A stretch of DNA of 27,592 nt, from the IMG/VR virus record IMGVR_UViG_2522572164_000008; one strand, given 5' to 3'. Position numbers and translations under genes: made by a program. This DNA is from a virus (lineage: Duplodnaviria > Heunggongvirae > Uroviricota > Caudoviricetes). Positions 1-8,268 of the stretch are shown here, in pieces (position 1 is the first letter of the stretch; the number at the start of each line of letters is the position of its first letter). A model generated the notes under the pieces. That model was not told where the DNA came from. It saw only the letters and a program-made list of their open reading frames with translations, and ran no database searches.

Positions 1-153
1 ATGAAAAACATTGCAGCTATCAAACGTAATAACCGCAAGATTCACGCTCGTAAGTTCCTGTCTACGCCAGAAGGAAAAGCCTGGCTAGAGCGTAAACAGC
101 GAGAGAACGAAGAAAGAAAACTCCTTAGTGAGTTGAAATGGCTTAAGGATTGA
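1..153 (+). CDS. Possible small basic protein (50 aa) or 3' end of a gene truncated by the window start
   Basis: Open frame from position 1 ATG to TGA at 151-153 (MKNIAAIKRNNRKIHARKFLSTPEGKAWLERKQRENEERKLLSELKWLKD). Below the 60-aa cutoff of the ORF track; no upstream context visible. Confidence 0.2.
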   Translation: MKNIAAIKRNNRKIHARKFLSTPEGKAWLERKQRENEERKLLSELKWLKD

Positions 154-219
154 ACCACCAGTAGGCGCATAACACATCCAGCGATCAAAGATGTGTTTAT
201 GCACCTGATAGTGAAATTA

Positions 220-378
220 TTAAAGTCGTTTAGTTAACATCGCCATTGCTTGAGCAATAATTGCAACAGCGTCCATCTCTTCACTGGAAGCGATGCAAAT
301 GCGGTAACTAATAGCCACAACGAATACATCAATAACGAGAAAGTGAATAGTGTGAAGATGTTTTGAAAGTAAATGCAT
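220..378 (-). CDS. Unannotated 52-aa ORF with hydrophobic N-terminal half
   Basis: Minus-strand ATG at 378 preceded by GGAGG 5 nt upstream; translation MHLLSKHLHTIHFLVIDVFVVAISYRICIASSEEMDAVAIIAQAMAMLTKRL, stop at 220-222. Missing from the ORF track only because it is under 60 aa. Confidence 0.35.
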   Translation of the reverse strand: MHLLSKHLHTIHFLVIDVFVVAISYRICIASSEEMDAVAIIAQAMAMLTKRL

Positions 379-718
379 AACTTCCTCCGGTTTTACGATA
401 GGAAGATTAGAACATGCATTAAATGATGTTACAAGGGTGGTAATTTACCCTAATAGTCTACTATTCACCTCAATCTACGTCAACCAATATTTGATGTAGA
501 TTTAATTTTCTTTTAAAAACAATGTGTTGCAATTTGTTGAATTTTGGGGTTAGGTTGTTTTTTGAACGTTTTCATCAAGTGTAAAGATACGTTTAGCCTT
601 CATAGTGAGTTCAGTTACTGTCTTTTTCTCTGAAATCGGCGCAGACGTGATCAATGTTTAACGCGAAGATCAGCGGCGTCAGGTCCACGCAGCGACAATT
701 CTCAAATATCAGGAGGCA

Positions 719-1270
719 TTACGCTTCCTGCTCTTTCTTGATACGTTGCACCGTCTGTGTGCTGACACTGAAATCTTTTGCTACGCTCCGAATTGATCCA
801 CCATTCGCGAGAGCGGCAACAATTCCCGCTCGATCAATTGCTTTTCCATTACCACGTTTTGCTATACGTCCAGCGGCCTTAGCTGCGGCGATCCCCTCAC
901 GCTGCCGCTCAAGCATCATTTCACGTTCCATTTGTGCCACTGCTGCAAGCACTGTGAGCATCATATTCCCTGCGGGAGAGTTCTTCCCTGTCTTAAAGTC
1001 TTCTTTATGGAAATGCACAGACACGCCGCGCTCTGTTAATTGCTCAACCGTTGCCAGAAGGTCGGCTGTATTACGACAAAGGCGATCAATACTATGGACG
1101 TGTAACACGTCACCCTCCCGCACATAGTTCATCATTGCCTCAAACTGTGGGCGCTGAGTGTTCTTGCCTGACGCTTTATCTTCAAAGACTTTATCAAGAG
1201 TTACTCCAGCTAATTGACGGTCTGTGTTTTGTTGCACAGTCGATACCCTAATGTATCCAATATTAGCCAT
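719..1270 (-). CDS. Serine recombinase, resolvase/invertase family
   Basis: N-terminal GYIRVSTVQQNTDRQ catalytic-serine motif and C-terminal HTH (SIRSVAKDFSVSTQTVQRI), about 183 aa. Start taken as the second ATG (MANIGY), which has AAGGA 8 nt upstream; ORF-track start is 1276. Confidence 0.85.
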   Translation of the reverse strand: MANIGYIRVSTVQQNTDRQLAGVTLDKVFEDKASGKNTQRPQFEAMMNYVREGDVLHVHSIDRLCRNTADLLATVEQLTERGVSVHFHKEDFKTGKNSPAGNMMLTVLAAVAQMEREMMLERQREGIAAAKAAGRIAKRGNGKAIDRAGIVAALANGGSIRSVAKDFSVSTQTVQRIKKEQEA

Positions 1271-1835
1271 TTTCATTTTCCTTCTGTGTTGATTTGAGTG
1301 TAGTGATTATTGATCGTGTTGATTAGGTGTGTAAAGGACTTTTTTCACTACGAAATTCGAAGGTTTTTAGTGTGGTGATTTAGCCTGCTTTATCACTACA
1401 CGTCTTGCATGAGAATCATGTAGTTACATTTTGGTAAAATTAGCAAGCTATTAAATAGTGTGTTTATTTTGAAAAAATAATTTTTTGTTGCATTAAAGGA
1501 AACTTGTTCGACAAATAATAGATTGATTTTTAATCAACAATTTCTGATAGTGCTCTGTAAGCCGTATTACACAAGGCTTTGCGAAAGTGATGTAAAAGTG
1601 AAGAAAGCTAACATTGCACTTTTTAAGCTACTTTTCATTGGATTTTTACGTAGGAATTACACAGGGATTAATCATCAATTACATTGAATTTAAGCCTGTT
1701 TTAGATGTTTAATTTTGGTAGCAAGAAACACTTTTAGAAGATCATTGCACAGATGCTATGTGATGATTGGATGTAACGGTAGGTCACTGTGAGCTACCCC
1801 TATCAAGTCTGATACCCGATAAGTATAAATAACAC

Positions 1836-1934
1836 CTGGGAAATGAGTTCCGATCTATTTAGGAAATAACCGTGGAAGTGGTTTCCTACCTACCTAGGAA
1901 ATGAGTTCCTATCACCTAGGAAATGATTTCCGAC
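1836..1934. repeat. Three copies of a 13-bp dyad GGAAATGA(G/T)TTCC plus one split copy, next to a roughly 90% AT stretch (1935-2000)
   Basis: Copies read at 1836-1855, 1895-1913 and 1917-1934; split inverted half-sites at 1861-1889. Iteron-like or operator-like architecture. Confidence 0.6.
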
Positions 1935-2944
1935 AATACTATAATTAAACTACAATTAAACTATATAATATAATTCTTTTTTATCTTTATAAGAATAATT
2001 ATAGGGATACCCGTTAGGGAGTCTAACGACTATCCCTTAATCTATTGGCATTCGCCAGAACCTTGCACAAGTTAGAGTGTTAGTCGTTAGACTGCTTGTC
2101 ATAACACATAGTTTTTGTTTGTTGATGTTAGTTAGTAGATCTATGTTCGCTAATGCCGCTCACAACGAATATGTAATCTACTATGTGCAAATAGCCTACG
2201 GCTTGCGTAAGGCTAAATAGTCTTGCGCTGTGCGCTTCAATAGTTCCATTGATGAGGCTTACGCCAATCTAACGATCATCAATCTATTTAAGAGAAAATC
2301 TATTGTGCAATACTCTGACGAGTGCAATAACCTTGTGTGCTACGCGTTAGCGATGTTAGCACATAGACACAGACAACAACCAACAACAAACAAAAAAGAA
2401 AGAATGGTTTTAGTAGTTGAAGGTTAAATAAGTTTCTACCGCTTAAATCAAGCCGTAGGCGAGCTAAACGTATATAAGGCAGGGAAACCTTAGCGGTAAT
2501 AGATTAGCTCATTATAGAGCTTCTGAGGAGCTTTACAGGTATTTTATAAGGTGTCTGAAATTAGAGTTTATCTATCATCTCCTTTTCATATACCTAACAA
2601 ATACAAAATAAGCCCCTTAAATAAACCTCTGGCGAGCTAAACTGTCATTACATAAGGGAATGTATTGTTTTTATCAAAACCTCGTTAGAACGCGTTTTAG
2701 AGAATAAGGAAGAATAGCATCACACAGAAGAGCACGAATTGCTAAGCAAAATCATAACATACTGAAAAATGATCAATATTTTATGGGCGGGGTTGACAAA
2801 AGCCTTTAGTTATGGTAAAGTAATATTAGGGGCAGGAAAACATTCCTATCCTCTAAATAATTAAACCAATGCACCGCACTTTGAAGCCCAAGAGGCTTGC
2901 AAGGTGTCTTTTTCTTTTAACCAAATAGAATAGGAGGTTAATTA

Positions 2945-3127
2945 GTGAAGTATTTCACTTCTCAAGATGTAGTTGAAGCCTGGAAACGTGGTGAGATCAA
3001 CCGCTTTAGGGTAAGAATGAATAGGAACACAGCGCGACGCTGTGGTTATCCAGAGCGTGAAAAATGTTTTGACGATGCACTAAAAATTATTGATGAACTG
3101 CGTAAGGCAGGAGCAGAGAAAGAATAA
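2945..3127 (+). CDS. Hypothetical small protein (60 aa)
   Basis: GTG start with AGGAGG 7 nt upstream; first gene of a tightly packed same-strand array. Confidence 0.5.
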   Translation: MKYFTSQDVVEAWKRGEINRFRVRMNRNTARRCGYPEREKCFDDALKIIDELRKAGAEKE

Positions 3128-3150
3128 TAACAGGAGAAGGAGAAAACCAA

Positions 3151-3339
3151 ATGAATATTAATTTTGATTCTGCAACTTATAACGCGTTGTTAAATCGTGC
3201 AAAGGCAGAAGGGAAATCAATTCCAAAACTTGTTAATGAATTACTAATTACAGTCCTTACAAAGGAGGAACTAAATGATCAAAAATATCAAAACAATTGC
3301 CGAAGCGAAAGCCAAATGTCTAAATCAGAAAGATGGTAA
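3151..3339 (+). CDS. Putative ribbon-helix-helix (CopG/Arc-like) DNA-binding protein
   Basis: N-terminal strand-helix-turn-helix pattern (INFDSATYNALLNRAKAEGKSIPKLVNELL); GGAGAAGGAG upstream. Family call by pattern only. Confidence 0.45.
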   Translation: MNINFDSATYNALLNRAKAEGKSIPKLVNELLITVLTKEELNDQKYQNNCRSESQMSKSERW

Positions 3340-3943
3340 ACAAAAATATGTAGTCGTTGAGCAGTGGTTGAAGATGTTTAAAAAGTGGTTCTCACCGTCA
3401 GGTAATGAATACACCGCTACACTGCCAGCCGTTGAAATCTATAGCTATATAGCTGGATTCAATGAACAAGGGCAAGAATGTTACGCCACTCAAAAAACAT
3501 TATCTAATATTGGAATGGTTAGTGATCGCCAGGTTCGCAATATTATAAATATGTTTGTTGATATGGGAGTTCTTTCTGTAGAGGCTCGGGACGGGCAAAC
3601 ATCACTCTATAAAGCATTACCATTCACAGATGCACATATTACTCCCCCTGGAGAGTCATCACTACCTGATCCTTCTGAGAAAGAAGACGAATCTAATGAA
3701 ATATTGAATGTTTCCGAAATCATCGTTGAAGAAGAAACACAAGAGCCAGAGTTCCCTGAGCGGCCCGAAATTTTTACTTGGCTTCTTTCCCTTGATAAGA
3801 AGAAACCACCGCACGAAGAAACAGAAGATTTTGTAAAACGAGCATTAGATTCAAAGAATATCTATCTTTGTGAAAATGATTTTGACTCTTTGATAATTGA
3901 TCTCAAAAGTGAGAGCACAATATATGATTCACTACCCTTCTAA
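3275..3943 (+). CDS. Winged-helix/HTH protein with acidic C-terminal tail (222 aa), regulator or initiator-like
   Basis: AAGGAGG 6 nt upstream of ATG; HTH-like segment YATQKTLSNIGMVSDRQVRNIINMFVDMGVLSVE; C-terminal half rich in E/D/P. Overlaps the preceding ORF by 65 nt. Confidence 0.6.
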   Translation: MIKNIKTIAEAKAKCLNQKDGKQKYVVVEQWLKMFKKWFSPSGNEYTATLPAVEIYSYIAGFNEQGQECYATQKTLSNIGMVSDRQVRNIINMFVDMGVLSVEARDGQTSLYKALPFTDAHITPPGESSLPDPSEKEDESNEILNVSEIIVEEETQEPEFPERPEIFTWLLSLDKKKPPHEETEDFVKRALDSKNIYLCENDFDSLIIDLKSESTIYDSLPF

Positions 3944-3952
3944 GGAGAATAA

Positions 3953-4222
3953 ATGACTTATAACATCACTATAGGAAACAAAACTATTGAAATAACTGAA
4001 AGCGGATACAACATTTTAAAAGCTATTTTGGACATAGAGTTTTCACCACCGACAGTGGTTAGCTTTTGTAGTTTAGGCGGCTACAGCGCACAACACGTAA
4101 ATCATTGGTTAAATCATTTTACATCGTTCGGTGTGCTGGATTATGAAGGGATTAACAGCACTACATTTCGTCTTTTGAAATTAAACAAAGATTTTGAATT
4201 GTTTCTCACAAACAATCAATAA
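3953..4222 (+). CDS. Hypothetical protein (89 aa)
   Basis: Strong RBS (TAAGGAGAATAA-ATG); same-strand operon context. Confidence 0.5.
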   Translation: MTYNITIGNKTIEITESGYNILKAILDIEFSPPTVVSFCSLGGYSAQHVNHWLNHFTSFGVLDYEGINSTTFRLLKLNKDFELFLTNNQ

Positions 4223-4319
4223 CAACAGATCGGGCAATACATATGGCAAATGCATTTATGGCGATATTCATCGTAACAATGGCGTCCAGTTTTTATAATC
4301 CACATAAAAAGAGGGAAAA

Positions 4320-4703
4320 ATGGGAAGAAAGAAAAAGAACAACTTAAAACGTATTGAAAAAAACAGTAATTTCAATTCAAAAAGACAACGTCCACCGACA
4401 CACACCAATAACGAAATTCCAGGGGAAGAGATAATCTTTATTCTTGAAACAGAATCCCCTGAATTAAGTGATGAAGAATTAGAAATAATCCAATCAATGC
4501 CAGGCGTTTACTTTCGCCCAAGAACAAGAAAACAAACTATCATTTCTGATGGCACTCTGAAACGTTGGCAGCTTTTAGGGTTTAGCTCCTATCATCATTT
4601 TTTGGGATTTAACGCTTTCAATAATTGTGTAGGTGGTGCATCGGAAGTCGATCTGATGGCTCATTTAGAAGATACATTAGCTTCTAACAAACGTTCTAAC
4701 TAA
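4320..4703 (+). CDS. Hypothetical protein (127 aa) with basic N-terminus and acidic centre
   Basis: RBS AGAGGGAAAA-ATG; N-terminus MGRKKKNNLKRIEKN. Confidence 0.5.
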   Translation: MGRKKKNNLKRIEKNSNFNSKRQRPPTHTNNEIPGEEIIFILETESPELSDEELEIIQSMPGVYFRPRTRKQTIISDGTLKRWQLLGFSSYHHFLGFNAFNNCVGGASEVDLMAHLEDTLASNKRSN

Positions 4704-4718
4704 TAAAATGATGGGTGT

Positions 4719-4964
4719 ATGTATAAGCGCCCAATGAAAATATTCAAAAAAGGAAAAATAATGATTGGCTATATTCAAGAAACACAATTATTTCAGATGA
4801 TCCTGTCTGATGCAAAAAACTATGCAGAGTTAATTCGGCTGGCAAAAGAAACAGAAGACTACGAAGCATTAGAGCGTTACCGTGATGAAGTGCTGACGCT
4901 CAAGACACCTTTTAACATCGTATTGAATATGATTAATGATGCATTACAAGGAGAATACGCATAA
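4719..4964 (+). CDS. Hypothetical small protein (start ambiguous, alternative ATG at 4761)
   Basis: Open frame with AGGAAA upstream of the internal ATG at 4761; stop overlaps the start of the next gene. Confidence 0.4.
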   Translation: MYKRPMKIFKKGKIMIGYIQETQLFQMILSDAKNYAELIRLAKETEDYEALERYRDEVLTLKTPFNIVLNMINDALQGEYA

Positions 4965-5263
4965 TGGAAGAAGATATTAGCAATGCAATGGAACAACTTT
5001 TAGATCTGACTATCTCACTACAAACAAGAATAAATCAAGCCTATTCAGATTTATGCGATTACACGCTCTCTCAATGCGTTATTAGCTTAATGAAGGTGAA
5101 TGTAAGCCTTGACGATTTTATCTCTCTGGTGAGCGTATCAGAGGACGATGCAAAACAGTGTAATCAAATCATCACAGACATCGCCACCACGTTAAAGGTT
5201 GCAAGTGAAGAGATTCAGCAATTAGTAGATGATTTAGCAAAAAGTGCTATTTTCTCTAAATGA
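4964..5263 (+). CDS. Hypothetical protein (99 aa)
   Basis: RBS AAGGAGAA upstream; ATG overlaps the previous stop (TAATGG), suggesting translational coupling. Confidence 0.5.
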   Translation: MEEDISNAMEQLLDLTISLQTRINQAYSDLCDYTLSQCVISLMKVNVSLDDFISLVSVSEDDAKQCNQIITDIATTLKVASEEIQQLVDDLAKSAIFSK

Positions 5264-6253
5264 TAATGAAAATTATTTGCATTTATAATGATTTTGTTAT
5301 ATAATAATTTAGGGGTAGATAAAAAGATTTTAGTTGGTGTTAATCCTTCTACTGTCATAAATCCCTGCATATGGAAGGTGATAGCCTCAAAGGTTGAGTG
5401 GCATTAACCTCTAACAAATATTACCTTCCATCTCTCAAGAAGTTTTAGAATAATCATAACTCCCTCTTTGATTGTTGATTGTTGATTGTTTCTACGTTGT
5501 GTTGATGAATGTTGTTAGGCATTGTGCTTAATTTTGATAAAAGCGGGTAGGTGTTATCTCCTTGCCCTTCCCGCTCTTATTTTTCATCTATGCTTATCCT
5601 AAAGCTCCTTATTTTGTCAGAAAACATTAAAGAGCCTTACACTGATAGTTATATTTTATAACTATTTACTAACATCATTAAACTATTATTTAATGACAGA
5701 AGTTAGTAACAGAATAATCTATTAAGTTGTTGTCAAAAACAATCATCTGCATAGCGTTAGCCGCAAGCAGAGAGAGTTTAGCTAAGAATGGTGCAATAAA
5801 CTTTGGAAATATTGATAGCAAAACGGGTTTTATAGAATGCGGATCTATAAGCTTTGGTTGTAAAAACGATTTTCTGAAACGGTAGATTACTGTTGGTGTA
5901 GTTAATCATTATTAAAAATTTAATCCGTGAGTAGATTGGAATAGTGATTCCTTAAAATCTGACTGGTGCATCCACACCATGAAAGATAGCGGTTGGCCAC
6001 CGCGCCCCGAATAGATATTCCTGATTGATTCCGCATGTTTTCCTAAGAGCATGTTTTCAGGAGTATCTATTCACCCTTTAAGCATATCATCAAGTATATT
6101 TAAAAAGTGTATTTGCTGATATGTTTAATCCTCTTATAGTTTAACTTATCAATTATGTAATTGCCCGCACGTTAAAGCCCCTTTGCTGGTCAGAATTAAC
6201 CTCTTACGGCATTGGGGCTTTTTATTTGTCTGGCACTAACAGGAACATTATTT

Positions 6254-6451
6254 ATGAAACAAGAAATGATTATCAGCAAAGACGGGGAAACGATGATTGT
6301 TAGTGATGAAAACCTCATTAAGGTTGCCGCACTGTTGGGAGTTACTCCCGAAAGTCTTCGTTCTACCACTGCTCAATTATTTAAATCGGCTGATGCGGTT
6401 AGTCTTGCTGATGCCCTTAAATCTAAAATTAAACAACTGAAAGGAAAATAA
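6254..6451 (+). CDS. Hypothetical small protein (about 65 aa)
   Basis: ATG at 6254 with AGGAA 8 nt upstream; the ORF-track start at 6212 lies inside a terminator-like hairpin and is unlikely. Confidence 0.45.
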   Translation: MKQEMIISKDGETMIVSDENLIKVAALLGVTPESLRSTTAQLFKSADAVSLADALKSKIKQLKGK

Positions 6452-6455
6452 TCTT

Positions 6456-6839
6456 ATGGCTAACCCATATGGAAAATTAAAAGCAGTGAATGCGGATAAC
6501 TCCCGTTCACGCTGTAAGGTAGTAGCTTACGCTGCTGATCCAGTGCTGCAAGATCGCCTCGTCAAACTGGCTTCACCTCTCACTGACGATCTTATTGTCG
6601 GGGCTTTGCTGAAAGCCGATGGCACCAAAGCAACAACCGCATCTGATATTGCTCACGTAGTAGTTGAACCGGCTTATGAAGGACAGGAAAGCGTAGTGGT
6701 TGCACATCCTACTTTCGTTATTCTGGCTGAAGATGGGATTGAATTTAACAGCATGGAAAAGGCAAGTGTTATTGCAAAACTGCAATCTCTCGGCTTTGTA
6801 ATTGCTGGTTATGAAGAACTTGCGATCCCTACGACTTAA
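6456..6839 (+). CDS. Hypothetical protein (127 aa)
   Basis: RBS AAAGGAAAA; starts 4 nt after the upstream gene and is followed 14 nt later by the next gene. Confidence 0.55.
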   Translation: MANPYGKLKAVNADNSRSRCKVVAYAADPVLQDRLVKLASPLTDDLIVGALLKADGTKATTASDIAHVVVEPAYEGQESVVVAHPTFVILAEDGIEFNSMEKASVIAKLQSLGFVIAGYEELAIPTT

Positions 6840-6853
6840 CAAGGAAAATAATA

Positions 6854-7885
6854 ATGAATGATTTATCAACATATTTTGGCGTTAATACTGCGGTAGTAAC
6901 TCCATTTGCTTATGAGAATGCACTTAATACCCTGATTACTAATCTCGATCTGTTCGATGTGCAATATCATACAGAAAACAGCATTCTTCTTACCGACCTG
7001 ATTGATCAGTTTGTGCAGGTAGCTGGGGAAACCTCGCCTTACGCTCAAAGCGACTGGAACGCCTCTAAACGTCAGGAATGGTCAAACAAACTTTTCCAGA
7101 TGAAACACGTCGGCAGTATTAACGCTGTTACTTCTCGTGACCTGGAACAATACAGCCGCCAATATCCAAACCGTTCTGATGCTATGCTGATAGCGGTTAA
7201 TGATTTCTCTGAGGCTCATTACCGTTCACACGCAAACCGTGTTGAAGTGGATCTGATTACCGCGCTGCTGGGCCTGAAAGTTGAATCTGAATATGCCGGA
7301 CAAGGTGATCTCGACTTCCTCGACGGTCAGGCTAAAACCACGGTACCCGCTATCGACTTTGCATCGACTACTGTTAACCCGTTCCTTGCTATTCGTAAAG
7401 CGGTGCGCTTACAGAGTGAAAAGCTGGGGTCTGGTCTTGCTGCAAAGCGAACTGGTGTAATTATCTTTGCTGCTGGCACTGCTGCTGATGGTTTGTCATC
7501 TAACCCGCTGATCAGTGACATGGTGAAATATGCAGGCGATGCGAGTGCTACGGCCCTGTTTACCCGTATGGTTGATTCTAACCCAGCCTATGACTCTTTC
7601 CAGATTGGTGGGATCACTGTTATTGATGTGTCAATGTTTCCTGAGATTGTTGCTCACATCGGAGAGAACGGTTTCGCAATTGTTCCGGTAATGGATAAAG
7701 CGGCACAGTGTTACCAGCTTCATAGCGGCGTTGGTGTGCGTCATGCTGAGTTAGGTCAAGATGCCGTGTTGCATCACCAATATCTAATCAAGGATGAATT
7801 CCAATTCCCATCTGTGGTTACTGAGACATCTTATCTGCCAGTAAACAACATTCCGCAAGCTATCATCTTCGGATCTGCTGCGTAA
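6854..7885 (+). CDS. Hypothetical protein (343 aa), no recognisable catalytic or nucleotide-binding motif
   Basis: RBS CAAGGAAAA; long ORF with protein-like composition; no Walker A seen. Confidence 0.65.
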   Translation: MNDLSTYFGVNTAVVTPFAYENALNTLITNLDLFDVQYHTENSILLTDLIDQFVQVAGETSPYAQSDWNASKRQEWSNKLFQMKHVGSINAVTSRDLEQYSRQYPNRSDAMLIAVNDFSEAHYRSHANRVEVDLITALLGLKVESEYAGQGDLDFLDGQAKTTVPAIDFASTTVNPFLAIRKAVRLQSEKLGSGLAAKRTGVIIFAAGTAADGLSSNPLISDMVKYAGDASATALFTRMVDSNPAYDSFQIGGITVIDVSMFPEIVAHIGENGFAIVPVMDKAAQCYQLHSGVGVRHAELGQDAVLHHQYLIKDEFQFPSVVTETSYLPVNNIPQAIIFGSAA

Positions 7886-8036
7886 TAAAGCGTTAATAGA
7901 CGATTCCCCATCGGGGCAATAAGGGTAAAGGGATTAACTAACCTGTAGGCGCAAATACAGTAACGAATCTCTTTGCCCTTTTTGTTTTTCTACTGTCTAC
8001 AAACCCAAATAAAAATATATATGTGAGAGAAAACCA

Positions 8037-8234
8037 ATGAATACAGAAAACCCACAATCCTTTATTCTTAAGGCTGTAAAAGAACTGGCAGCTATTAGCG
8101 AGGAATCAGTTATAAACACATCGGCGCTTTGCCGCCTTTTAGAAATTGATGCAAATAATGTGCGCCAGCGTGTCTTTCAGACTGGGTGCAGCACTTTCGA
8201 AGCAATTCAATACTATTGCTCTAAAAAACAATAA
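8037..8234 (+). CDS. Possible small HTH-like protein (65 aa)
   Basis: Weak RBS; segment TSALCRLLEIDANNVRQRV is HTH-like. Could be non-coding leader. Confidence 0.3.
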   Translation: MNTENPQSFILKAVKELAAISEESVINTSALCRLLEIDANNVRQRVFQTGCSTFEAIQYYCSKKQ

Positions 8235-8268
8235 TAAACAACAATCATAATACAGGGAAACAATTAGC

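Noticed and set aside
654-1251. Plus-strand ORFs 654-1127 and 1051-1251
   Set aside because: Antisense to the resolvase gene, which has clear catalytic motifs; no RBS.
2230-2427. 65-aa ORF in the repeat-rich non-coding region
   Set aside because: No RBS and odd composition; sits in a region dominated by repeats and palindromes.
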